The notes: generated from the sequence alone by a model not told the origin. A stretch of 64,000 nt of DNA from Octopus sinensis (GCF_006345805.1 NC_042999.1:78120001-78184000), one strand, 5' to 3'. Shown: positions 28,340 through 40,850, counted from the first letter of the stretch. A program made the numbers and translations.

Positions 28340-28500
28340 ATGACAAGCTTTTTTCAGTTACCATCAACCAAATTCATTCATAAGGCTTTGGTCCATGTAA
28401 AACTATAGTAAAAGACACTTGCCCAAGGTGCCATACAGTGGGACTGAACCAGAAACAATGTGGTTGGGAAGCAAACTTCTTAACCAGAAAACCATGTCTC
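28340..28500 (-). repeat. tRNA-derived SINE
   Basis: AAGACACTTGCCCAAGGTGCCATACAGTGGGACTGAACC...GGTTGGGAAGCAAACTTCTTAACC. Confidence 0.85.
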
Positions 28501-29389
28501 CATCTTATGTTTCAAAAAAAAAAAAATCAGCTATGGAAAAGAAAAACTACGGAACATACATGATGGTATTATAAAAGTGGTTCATACCAAATTTAGAAAT
28601 GATTTCCCTTAGTCAAAGATAAGATACATTCCTAGTATGTATGTCACATTTAAAGAACAAGAATAAAATTTTGAACAGTAGTCTAGAGATATATTTTGGT
28701 CTACAGTGGTATCTGTAGAACAGATCTGAACGATACCTGATAAAATACAGGAGAAGCTAAAATAAAATAAAGAGAGCGAATTCTCTAACAAAAATATAGG
28801 GAAATTATTTGAACTATATAAGTTAAAATTATCAAAAAAACAAGGTAAATGACTTTACTCAATCAGCTCTCCTTCTAATGAAACTAATAGCATTTTACAT
28901 AAAAAACCAAGGATCCTCAAGAGTTTTACTAAATATTATGGTCCAATACCCATAGTGATATATCTTCATAGAAATAAGACATGAAGAACAACCATGACTT
29001 GTTTAATAATGCACTATTAAACAGGTCATGGTTTAACAGTGCATCATCTTTTTGAGATATAATACTGATTTTCTGCTTATCAAGCCAAACCTCATAATAC
29101 ACTCCACTATATTCTGTTGATACACCCACTGACACCTCGTTCAGTCTATACATATAAAAATAAATAAATAAATCGGATCATAATTTTAATTCCTTACATT
29201 GGCACAATGCTGTTGTAAATGCACAGGAAAGGATAGCTGGTTAAAATAGCTTCTGTAAATGACTAGTACTTTTGCCTTCAAAAGGACAGAAAGCAATATC
29301 AACCTTGTTGGAATTCAAGCTTAAAATAAGGGAGTGTAATTAAATATATATCATATGTTTAATCAGGCATTCTGTTTTTGCTACTCGGA

Positions 29390-30710
29390 CCAATCTCAGG
29401 ATGTTGGGCCTCACAGAGGAAATGACAATGGACCGAGATGTCTGGCAATATGAAGTTCTTGAGAAGACCTGCCCATGTCAGCAAAACTGAGTTCTAGAAG
29501 CGCTGTGTGTCCCACCCACACTTAAGAAAACTTCTTACTCTACCACAACAAACCAAACTACGTCTACATCTCTTCCTCACATTTCCGCTTCATGCACTAT
29601 GCTTACCTCTCACTCCCCAATCCTGTCCTCTTGGCCCTGTGCCACTATATTATTGCTCTCTGCTAGCACCTGACCTGTATGTTCCACCTACACGTAACAA
29701 GAAAAATTTCCACTCACCCTACCCCAACAAACCAATGCACATCTCTTCTCTGCTTCAGATTTCTTCCTTCATACACTATGCCTAGCTCACACTCTCCAAT
29801 CCTGCCATCATAGGCCTGTTCCTCTGTATCATTGCTATCCGGTAGCCACCCTCCTCTATATGTATACCCAGGCTTTCGCCACTCACTCCATCCCCTTCCA
29901 CAAAATCCTGCCACTTATATTATGGCGTTTGGTATGCCCTGGCACTTGCCACCAACTATATCTCTCTCTTCTTTTACTCAACCATCCCATTCATATTCTG
30001 ATCCCCATCCCTTGTGACTATGCCCAGCATTTTGCTACCATTTCTATCCTGCTGTCTCCGACTCTCTCTCTCTCTCTCCTCCTCTTTCCTCAAGTTGAGT
30101 AACCATGTATTTCCTTTGCGAGAGCACACCTGTTTCTGCTCTCCCTCTCCCTCTCTCTCTCTCTCCCCTCCTCTTTCCTCAAGTTGAGTAACCATGTATT
30201 TCCTTTGCGAGAGCACACCTGTTTCTGCTCTCTCCCTCTCCCTCTCTCCCTCTCCCTCTCTCTCCAGCAAGGTAACCTTGTACCCTCCTCTATAGCAAGA
30301 CACTTGTTTCTGTCTCACTATAACCTTTCATCAACTCATGATCACCTCCTCCAATTCCCCCTCCCCCTTGAAAGTTTTTTTTTTTTATTTTTGGTCTTAC
30401 AAGTACATGGTGGCCCTCTCAGTGCAGGTGCCACTTAAAAGCACCCAGTCCACACTAAAGTGGCTGCTGTTTGGAAGGATATCCAGCTGTAAAAAAACTT
30501 GCCAAAACTGACTTTGCCTGTGCTTGTGCCACCTAAAAAGCACTAAGTCCACTCTGCTGAGTGATTGGTGTTAGGAAGGATATCCAGCTGTAAAACTCAG
30601 CCAAAACAGTCATAGAAGCCTGGTGCAGGCTTCTACCTGGCTGGCTCTTGTGAAACCATCCCATCCATGCTAGCATGGAAGGCAGACGTTAAATGATGAT
30701 GATGATGATA
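29390..30710 (+). mobile_element. RTE LINE 3' end with long CT-rich 3'UTR and (GAT)n tail
   Basis: Last ORF2 codons (..EEMTMDRDVWQYEVLEKT), internally repeated CT-rich UTR, two tail modules, ATGATGATGATGATG at about 30694-30708. Confidence 0.7.
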
Positions 30711-31994
30711 TTACTGAGCAACTTCAAAAAACTTAGCTTAAACAGGTCTATTACATTGACTATAGCAATAAAATAGTTGCGTGCAAGCCATAGATCCAGC
30801 ACAAAGGGGAAAATCAGTGCAGGAATTGAAGAGCAATGGAGCTGAGATTTTTCACTAACAGAGAGTGACTAGTAAACATGTGCTTTGCAAATGCAAATTT
30901 TAAGTGGAACAATACAAATAGATGTTACATTCAATTGTCAATTAACCACATTTAGCAATGAAAATCATTGTTATCTAAATTTCAGCAACTGAGATTTGTA
31001 TTTATTATATACACACTTAATAAACAATCATATTTAAGCACACATTCAATAAATACATACACACATCGATATGAATGTTCATAATAGTAAGGTTTTCATA
31101 AACTGAAATACTAACTGAAATGTTTCGGGAAGTAGAGATATATTTGTTTTTTAATGTCTAGCTTACAGAATTATAATTCTGTTTCAACCTTTTTAGTCAG
31201 GTATACAAACATAGAAACAGTTACACATAAACACACGTATCCCAGTTTTTAAAATAGATATACTGTAACCCTGCATGTTGTAAATGATGAGTGAAAGAGT
31301 TGGTGTCAGGAAAGACATCAGGCTGTAGACTGCCTTGAAAGCTCTCATCTAACCTATATCAGCATGGAAAGAACAGAAGTAAAATTATTAAAAGGAGGGG
31401 GGAAGAGTGAAGAGTGACCTAAGCATATTACACAAGACTTTCTGACAACCAAATAATATGCCTCAATGCATTTCTAACACCAGTACTGATACCCACATTT
31501 GGGGTATTTCTTCGATTAATATTGGGCACTTCCACAAAAAACAGTATTATTGACAGGCACTATCTCAAAACAAGAAGAGAAAGTATAGCTTTTGAGTGTC
31601 ATTTGCTATCACTCGACATCTGCTAAATGGCAGCAGCAAAAAGAAATACATTTCAGAGCTCAAAAGTGAAGAGAACAAGATCCTAAGAACATGTTAAGGA
31701 AGTACTCATTGACCATTGATGTTTGTTAAAAAAGGTGGTAATTTGTTCCAGCTAAGTTTGGAGTCAACAGTTACAGAAATGGGATGTGTATAGGAGTTAA
31801 TATTAAAATACCCAGGAATGGATTTAGATACATCAAATTGAAAATGGATTAGCATTTGGAAAAAAAAAATACCAGAAGTTGTTTATAGACTGCTTAATCA
31901 ATCATACAAGTTAATATAAAGAGGGTATTATCTAAGTCCTAAAACACCTTAGATTAGGTTACAATGTACATAGATCAGATTGGATTTCACTTAA

Positions 31995-33069
31995 CCCTTT
32001 TGTTACCAAACCGCCCGAAAAAATTTTGGTTCATGTGACCAAACCGCCCAAAGCCGCCCAAATTTACCTATTCATATTTAAATGAGAATATCAGAGCAAA
32101 TCTCTTTAGTACATTCGTGAAAACACGTATTATACTTCGTAAAGTGTTCAACTACAGTTTTGTACAAAAATCGAAGTGTAATTTTTATTCCGTGAATTTT
32201 GGGAGATTTTTTTCCGAAATTTGTTCCTATTGTGTTTTCAAAATTTGTAATTCTGACAAAAAAATGGATACGAATTTCATTATATCAAGCAGCGAGTCAG
32301 AATTCGAAGGATTTTCTACTGAAGACCTTCATAAATCTAACTATATGACTGGAAAAAAAAAGCAAGTGGTATCTGATAATGAATCTGATGTTTCATTTTC
32401 CGAAAGTGAAAACAGTGAATCCGAGAGCTCCGACAGCGATAAAGAAAATGAATTGGCACCTGAATGGAGTGAAAATTTAAAAACTGTTTCTTTCGGTGAT
32501 TTTTCTGAAGAAACTGGACCAAGCCACAGACTTTCCCAGGAGAGTAAAGTCTTAGACTATTTCTTTTTACTTTTTCCGATGAGTCTATTTGAAATCATTA
32601 CGGCGGAAACGAACCGTTATGCTAAATGTAAACAAAACGATAGAAAGGATAGTTAGTGGTTTCCCATAACCTTAAATGAAATTAAGACTATTTTGCCATA
32701 AATATTATTATGGGTATCAGAAAGTTACCCAGAATAACAAATTCTATCGTAAAATTTTGTTGTATACCCAATTGAATATTAGCTAATAACCCATTTTCTA
32801 TAGCGATGTCTGAACAAAATTTTACTAATTTTATATTTTGAAGAATTTACCTGTATCTACCTGCAATTAGAGTCACTTTGTGACAAAAATTATAGTATAG
32901 AATTGGTTGAGAACATTTCATTAAATTATCTTCCAAAATTCACGTTAATATATTGATAAATAAAAAAGTTATAGTTGTTTAATGAAACCAGACTAAATTT
33001 ATGATTATGTAAGAAATTAATTGAAACACATAAGGGGTGTATTTGGTCAGAAATACAGTAACGAAAGGG
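31995..33069 (+). mobile_element. Internally deleted piggyBac transposon (PGBD4-like transposase N-terminus)
   Basis: TTAA TSDs at 31991-94 and 33070-73. TIRs CCCTTTTGTTAC / revcomp CCCTTTCGTTAC. ORF with acidic Ser-rich N-terminus then EWSENL...F.EETGP...LDYFFLLFP...IITAETNRYA...*WFPITLNEIK, frameshifted YFAINIIMGIRKLPRI, then a deletion. Confidence 0.92.
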
Positions 33070-33359
33070 TTAAACAGTTGTCTGGTACAAAAGAATGTAT
33101 AAAATATAAGAGTGGAAACACACAAACTAATGTAAAAGGTGAAGGAACTTAAAGATGTTGGCTTTTATGGACTTCAGAAGTAATTGCTAACTTAACTGCT
33201 TACATAATTGAAAAAGAAAGTGAAAAAATTATGGGAGGTAATTTAACAGAAACAAAAAGATATTTGTACATATACATACATGCATATAATAAACATATGC
33301 ATTTTAAGAACTACATATACAAATTTTAACATTTTTACCCAAATGATTGGAAAATTGGA

Positions 33360-33605
33360 AACAAAGGACACTGTTTGCATGACAGTGACACTCATTTACA
33401 ACTATCATGTGATGTCAAGGCAAGGAGACAGTTAAACACACACACATACAACAGGTTTCTTTCAGTCACCATCTACCAAATCCATTCACAAGGCTTTGGT
33501 TGGCCCAGGGCTATAGTTAAAGACACTTACCCCAGGTGCCACACAGTGGGCTGAAACTTGAAACTTTGTAGTTGGGAAGTAGATTTCTTACCACACAACC
33601 ACACC
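33360..33605 (-). repeat. tRNA-derived SINE with 3' body
   Basis: Family core in reverse orientation plus a (CA)n linker. Confidence 0.8.
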
Positions 33606-33672
33606 TATATCTCCCTCCTCTCTCTCTACATACACAAATGCATATATATATGTGAATAAATATATGGAAATA

Positions 33673-34157
33673 TTGGGTTGTATGGAAAGTCCGTGCCGAT
33701 TTATAGTAGCTTACCTTTCGACTTATTTTAGAACATGGTTGAGTCCATAAAATAGGATTTGACTACACTTCCATTTAGAGCACAGTTTAAGCTATCTTTT
33801 CATGGAAGAAGGTATGTTCCTATAACCTGTGTTAATTTTGTAACCCTTTAAAATGGAAGATAAGAAAGTTCATTTTCGGCACTTGATGCTTTGGGAACCA
33901 GACAAAAATTGCTGCAGCTCAGCTGGGATGTGTTACCCCACCCTCCATATTCACCAGATATTGCTCCCTCGGATTTCCACTTATTCAGGTCTCTGCAGAA
34001 TAGTCTTAATGGTAAAAATTTCAATTCCTTGGATGACGTAAAAAGATACCTTGATGAATTCTTTGCCATGAAACCATCTCAATTCTAGGAAGAGGGTATT
34101 TTCAAGTTAAAGGAAAGCTGGAGACGCATTGTGCAACAAAATGGCTCATATTTGGTA
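33673..34157 (+). mobile_element. Internally deleted, 3'-truncated mariner (mellifera-like)
   Basis: TA followed by a TTGGGTTG... TIR. MEDKKVHFRHLMLWE is fused at about 33897 to the C-terminus with HPPYSPDIAPSDFHLFRSLQN. No right TIR seen. Confidence 0.9.
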
Positions 34158-34450
34158 AGCTCGCATATATCTGCATTTTTGTGTGTGAGGCTATGAGTTT
34201 GTGTTTCCTTGTCTTAACATTGTGATAATGGTAAACTATTATGCAAGGTGTCCATTTCCAATCTTGGGTAAAAATATAATCTAGCTATGGAAAACTATTA
34301 TTTTGCTTGGAAACGGATAAGAGTTAGCAACAGGAAATACATCCAGTTGTAAAAAGAGTTTTTCTCAGCAAATCCTGTCTGACATATGCAAGCACAGACA
34401 AGTGAACATTAAAATAATGATTATTTAATAGATATGTATCCATAGATATA

Positions 34451-34665
34451 TGAGAGGTGCTGAAAAGTTCCCAGCTTTGAGTTAAAGAAAATACAAGTGA
34501 TCAATTAATTATGATTTTATTTAACATATTTCCCTCTCAGATTCACACATTTATTGCAGTGGTTCTTCAATTTTTCTAAGCCCCGTAAAAGAATTCAGAG
34601 GGTTGGGCCTCCAACCAGGCCTTTCGCAATACCTCTAAAGCCAGGAACTTTTCAACACCCACTTG
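34451..34665 (-). mobile_element. Mariner-derived MITE (about 215 bp)
   Basis: TIRs GGTGCTGAAAAGTTCCCAGCTTT vs revcomp GGTGTTGAAAAGTTCCTGGCTTT. The interior is a transposase C-terminal remnant (WLEAQPSEFF...NKCVNLRGKYVK). Confidence 0.8.
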
Positions 34666-34904
34666 TGTGTGTGTGTGTACACACACATATATAACCTATA
34701 AATACAATTGCTAAAATTCCCAGAAGTGTTTATGTATTGAGTAGTCAGATAAATTAATTCAATCTTTCAAATGTTATTTGAATTAACACAGAAAATATTT
34801 TTATTGTAGTTTTATGGATTTTTTTTGTAGCTCTATTCTTCCTCAGTAACTCTTATTATTTTTTAAATTTAAATAAATTTTGCTTTTCAAAGCTACAACA
34901 AAGG

Positions 34905-35370
34905 AGTGCCAAGTAGAAAACAAAATGAGTATTTTCAACACCTGCTTCTCTTCACTTTCAATCAAGGTTCCAAAGCTGCAAAAGCCACTCAAGATATTTG
35001 CACTGTGTATGGAAAAGGTGCTGTTATTGAAAGGCTTGCATAGAAATGGTCTTCATGTTTCAAGGGGGGAGGGTGAAATTTGCATTCTGGCTGACTCATT
35101 CAGTTCAATGAGGATCAACTGAATGAACCCACCTATAAGGATCCATGCCAGTCAACTAGAGAACTGGCCTTGTAGATGGAATACTCTCATGATAGCATTG
35201 CTCAGTTACTCTCACACAATTGCTAAGGTCCAAAAACTTAGTGCATAGGTGCCTTACACTCTTAATGAAAGAAACAAATTCCAGTGTTCTTCTATTGCTG
35301 CCAGTTTACTCATGAACATAACAGATTTCTTTACCACATCATTACCAGCAATGAAAAATGGTGTCTTGTT
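34905..35370 (+). pseudogene. Degenerate mariner transposase, 5' half
   Basis: ECQVENK..YFQHLLLFTFNQGSKAAKATQDICTVYG...STRELA...VPYTLNE (WVPHEL-like)...IITSNEKW, frameshifted. Confidence 0.8.
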
Positions 35371-37462
35371 GGGATTAGAAAGGACTAAGCAACTACAAAA
35401 TTCTTGCAAACAACCACATGATCAATGTAGAGCTTTACATTCAGTAAATTTGCCAGCAAGCAACACAACAATGCTCATTCCGAGGTCGCTAATTTGACCA
35501 GAAATGCTATTCAAGAGCCTTGTTTACATTTGTTTGGTTTAAAGAAAGTTTTGAACTCTTTAATCTAAGTGAGAAAACTAATTCTTACCTTTAGCATGTA
35601 TTTATATCATGTAATGTCCTTTATAAACAACCTACTTTTTGCTGAATTATTTTTTTTTTTTTCCTTTTTCTGGCATATTGTTATCTAAACTGTTTTTTGA
35701 AAAAGCAGTCATTAATAACTCTCTGAGAAACGACTTATTCAACAATTTAATCAATGTGTTAACTGCAGATAAGACTTTGGAGATGATATCCAGGATGACA
35801 TATCTATTTCTTTTGTATATTCTTTAAATACCCAACTGCAATTCATCTAATCTCCCAAACTAACTTGGACAAAATATTATCTGAAGACTAGTCTGTCACT
35901 GAATTGCGTGCATGTGTTGCTGGTCCAAAAAATACCTTTAGGACAATGCAAATCCTGTTGAGCATTTTGTCCAACTTTTTCTTTTGAGTTGTTATTGCTC
36001 CAATTATCCAACAAATTAATTTGTATACAGAACAGAAGCGAAGTTCCAGCATGTGTTGATGAAATCTCTGTATATCTAGGATGGAAATAACAGCTTAATT
36101 GTAAATTTCATAATAAATAAGCTGCAAAAAGGTCAAGGAAAAACATTTATTTCTTCTTTCGTGTCATGATTGTATGTATAATACTAACTGCATTTAATTT
36201 ATTACCAACACCTTTCTTTTCATCACCTTCCTTTAGTATATCTGCATTTGGTTATTATTATGCAATTAATTAACAAATATACACGCACAACTTTATTTTT
36301 AGCATAAATGAACTATGTACATTAAAAAAAATGCTTTTCCTGAAATACTACCGACTTTCACAATCTGTAGAGTAAGTGAAGACACTATAAGCATTAGAAT
36401 AAACACTTCTTTTTAGGCCTTTTCTGCACAAGACTGAGCTTTTAACTGAGATTTTTTAACTGGATGTTAAAAGTTAAGGCATTAAGAAGTAGAAAAACTT
36501 CTAATAACCCACTGAATAGGGCACAAGATTTAACCAAGTACATAAAATGGTAAAAGTTAAGTTACATAGTACTTTTAGTGCTTGTAGATGTTGATGTATC
36601 TACTCATCTATCCTATTGCAACATGAACTGCTAGGTGAACTGGTCAGTAAAAATATCTACTGAGAGACACTGTTCCAATGGTAGAATAAAAATTAAACCA
36701 TCCAGGGAATATACTAACTCAAATTAAAACAAGGTTTTTGACATCTGACTTACACAACAGTATAAACCTTATTATAATCTTTGGACCCTACCTTTAGGTA
36801 GCACACATCTGTTTGTCTCATCTAGTCCTATATTAAAACTGTACAGTAACAGCAAATGATTCATTTTACAAAGACAGTCACCTCACCCATACTATCATAA
36901 AGAAACAGTTGTAAAATGTATTTTACAAAAATAAAAAAAATGTATAAAATTATCAACTCATAAATTCATATAATTCATGTATAAATTGATGTATTTCTCA
37001 AAATGTGCTTTGTCAGATGAAAATCAACCCCAAACAATTTACATGAATGTAATTATCAACATAGCGAAGGAAATTAAAAAAATGAGAAAAAAAAACGAAG
37101 TAACATTATATATTGTTTATACAAACCAATATATACATTTGTATATTAAGACTCCAGTATAAAAAGGATAAATTTATAACTTCCTTATGAATAGACTCCA
37201 AATTTCCAATCAAGTTAGTAGCTCAACTATTTAGATCATATTTTACTGTTACATAAACCAATCATGCTATCAGTAATAAATCTCTTAATACAGCCTACCA
37301 CAATATCCTTCAACCACATCCAATTTTTAAAATATCACTCAATTACTTCACTTTAAAATACTAATCTGTCAAAATAATCAAAATCTAATTTTTGTATTGG
37401 GTTTGCAAGATTCTAGATTCTTTATGTGAATTCATGTGTTGAAGCATATTTTATCATCTGAA

Positions 37463-37697
37463 GAGAGTCATTCTGTTTTAATGCCTTATTAACACACACA
37501 CCAGTTTTATTTCCACTTGTTTATTTTTTTCTAAAGTTTTCGTCACTTCTTGCAACCACTTCAATAGTCGTTAACTCTTAACGACTACTGAAGAGGTTGC
37601 AAGAAGTAACAAAAATTTTATAAAAAAATAAGTAAATGAGTGGAAATCGAACTGATGAGTGCGTTAATTAATAAGGCATTGAAACAGAATGACTCTC
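37463..37697. repeat. Long imperfect palindrome (arms about 112 bp, 3-nt centre), probable foldback/MITE
   Basis: GAGAGTCATTCTGTTTTAATGCCTTATTAA...CTTCTTGCAACC..TAGTCGTTAA CTC TTAACGACTA..GGTTGCAAGAAG...TTAATAAGGCATTGAAACAGAATGACTCTC. Confidence 0.9.
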
Positions 37698-39636
37698 CCC
37701 AAACACAATAATCAAAATCTCTTTTCTATATAACCAAATGGTTAAACTCAGTCTTCAATAATGGAATTGGAAATACAAGACAAGTTGTTACCATGACAAT
37801 CTGAACTTAGAGCAGCCAATGATTCACAACTTTGGTAAAACGTGCTGTATAGACCAGAATATTTGCTTACGAGTAATGATACTATTCAGTCAGTCACTGT
37901 TGGTGCTGAAAATGCATTACTGGATTTCTACCCATACTACTTCTCACATGTTCACAAAATGGTTGCTTTCTGACGAAAGTAACAAGCCTTTAAACAGTAC
38001 CCTTAAAATGTTTTTGATACCAGACTGTTTCTAGATTTCTAACTTATCTCAAAATCAGTACAACAGACAACACAAATCAAAATTTTTATTTCTAGAATCA
38101 TACTAAAATAGTATATAGAAGGTAGTTTAAAAAAAAATTTAAGTGATTTAGTTAGTCGTGCAAGCTTGATAAGCCTTTATTCATCTGAAGTGATATATAA
38201 AATGTCTCAAAGAAGCCATTCTTCATTTATTCATCTAAAGTGGATACACATATGCACACATATATATACATATATAGTAGATATAAAATGTCTCAAAGAA
38301 GCCATTCTCCCAAGCAAGGTATATTGACTAACTTATTCTATAAATAGCAGAACATATTAAAAAATGAAACAAGACTACAAGAGAATTTTAAAATAGAGAG
38401 AAATTGATGCATATCTTTAATGAGAATTCCAGATTAAGAGTTTGTTGAAATCTCAACATACATAGTGTTGTATAAAGGTGTGTTTTAGCAGTTGTAGTAC
38501 ACATGACAATGAACACATAATACCTGTAATATCTAGAAAGAAAATCTGAAGATAAAATTATTCTAGACTATAAATCTGTAAAACAGTTTGAGTATAGTTG
38601 AACTGAGACATAATTAGAAATAATAATAATTATTATTAGAGTGTAGTGGAAATAATATCACACAGACATAGCTAACAATATGCTTTGGTGATGAGTAATA
38701 AAGTAAGAGAAAATCTACATTTGTATGCAGCAAGCAATGACTATGAAAATAAAGTTGGAGTTTTGACACTAATAAATCCATGTGTAGAATTGATTATTGA
38801 AGTATACTGACTGCAGTACCAATGTTGCTTTTGATGGTAGATTTTAAAAATAACAGGTGACTATGAATTTAATTTCACCAATTAAATGGCTCTTCCTCTG
38901 ACACAGAATAGACAAATTTATAGTTTCACATATTCTAAAGCACAGCTTGCAACATAAAAAAACTTTATACTTTAGAATGTCCTAAATTTTACACAATATT
39001 TTACAAATGAATTTTAATGTTCACAAAATGAAGTACTGAAGTTATCTAAATAAGTCAATGAATGAACATTATGATGAAGGCTAGCAGTTTTTATTTTCAA
39101 ACTGATTTTCTTAGAATTTATTCATCTCAAAAGCTAGGGTAGTGCACAAACATTTAAGCTCTCTTAAATTAATGGTAAATTCTAAGTAGGTGAAATGAAT
39201 GTAGTTAATATTTTTTGTTTTGTATTATTATGGAATACCAATAGAAAGAGAGCATTGGAGTAAAATTCCTGATTGAGTAGAGTCTAGTCACATATAATAA
39301 CAAAAGGTCAAGAAATATAGGTAGAGCTGCCATAAAACTGGAGAGTTTAGAAGAACAAGCACTATAGTAACAGTATAAAAGTCAGAAAAGATAGTTTGAT
39401 GAAAGATAAATATATTGCAGAATATTAACAAATGAAGCCATGTCCACCAAAGGAAAAGGTTTTTCTTAAATGTATGCATAAGTCTGCACATGTTCAAAAG
39501 TGTGTAGTGTACACTGTTCAACTCACACAAGCATTATGTAGGGTAAAATTAGTCATGTCATTACAGTTAAGTAAAACTTACTTGTAATGAAGACTAGACT
39601 AATTTGCTTTTGTTGGCGGCAAGATTATATAATTAA

Positions 39637-39820
39637 CCTTTTTGATAATTTACTCACCTGAGACTTCCTGTTTTAAAGTGATCTAAATTAAGAACTTCCG
39701 TCAAAATTTCCTGTTAATTTGTTCCAAATATCAGATGAATAATGACAAAACTATTCATTAGATTGCCTTTGCTTCAAATAATTTTTAAAATGACAGTGTA
39801 TTTCTACATAAATACACTAC
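39637..39820. mobile_element. Degenerate copy of the piggyBac-type MITE
   Basis: TTAA at 39633-36 then CCTTTTTGATA. Shares the core TTTTAAAGTGATCTAAATTAA. The right end is eroded. Confidence 0.6.
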
Positions 39821-39824
39821 TAAC

Positions 39825-40470
39825 ATCATCATTTAACATCCATCTTCCATGCTGGCATGGATTGGATGTCTTAACAGGAGCTGACAAACCAGAAAGCTGC
39901 ACCAGACTCCATTGTTTGTTTTGGAATGGTTTCTATGACTGGATGCCCTTCCTAATGCTAACCACTTTACAGAATGTACTGGGTGCTTTTTACATGGCAC
40001 CAACACCAGCAGAATCACCAAGTAACTTGTAGGACAAAGATCTCACTGCTGAGTGCTAGGTGAGAGGTTAGAGTAATAATATACAAAGATATGTCTTATT
40101 ATAGAGGAGAGTGGAGGGGCTTGCAGCAGGTGATGATCATGGCTGATGGGAAGAGAGAGTATTGGGAAGATGGGCTGTGGGGGAGTTTTGACAGAGGGCA
40201 GATTGTGTATGTGCATGGGAAGGGGTCTATGGTCATAAACGACATGCCTGTATGTATGGATGACCACAATTTTACTTAATTTGATGGGTCTTCTCAAACA
40301 GTAAATTGCCAAAAGTCTTGGTTCGTTGTCATTTTTTCTATGAGATTCAACATCTGAAGATCATTTCTCACCACTTCATCCCATGTTTCCCTTGTCTACC
40401 TCTTCCACAGGTTCCCTCCACAATTAGAGATTGGCACTTCTTTATGCAGCTGTCCTTATCCATGCACAAC
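39825..40470 (-). repeat. RTE 3' fragments (tail, GA-rich UTR, ORF2 end)
   Basis: Family tail motif and a segment homologous to 16030-16110. Confidence 0.65.
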
Positions 40471-40634
40471 ACAGCATGTATTATAAATCCCAAAATAGCC
40501 TTTTCTACAGAAAAGGAAATGGCCTTGAAATGTCTGCTGCTTTGTTGACCACTCAGCTGACAATAAATCTAGGTATTACAAGTAAATTCTAGCTAATGAT
40601 GAATTCAAATAGCTATTTGCTCTAAGTGTGTATG

Positions 40635-40674
<40 letters not shown>

Positions 40675-40689
40675 CATACATACATACAT

Positions 40690-40850
40690 ACGACAGGCTT
40701 CTGTACAGCTTCCATCAGCCAAATTTCACTCATATGACATTAGTTGATTTGAGGCAATTTTAAAAGACTCTTACCCAAGATGTGATGTAGAATCAAGCCC
40801 AAAACCACATAGCTGCAAAGTGAACTTAATCACACAGCCATGCCAGTGCC
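40690..40850 (-). repeat. tRNA-derived SINE next to (TA)n(CATA)n microsatellite
   Basis: CGACAGGCTTCT...CACACAGCCATGCC. Confidence 0.7.

Noticed and set aside
30040-30260. Repeat-spacer-like pattern suggesting a CRISPR array
   Set aside because: Only two units, the spacers are (CT)n, the context is eukaryotic, and no cas genes are present.
35700-36060. Open-looking minus-strand stretch ending at a GT donor (…QDLHCPK)
   Set aside because: No recognisable protein motif and not B56-like.
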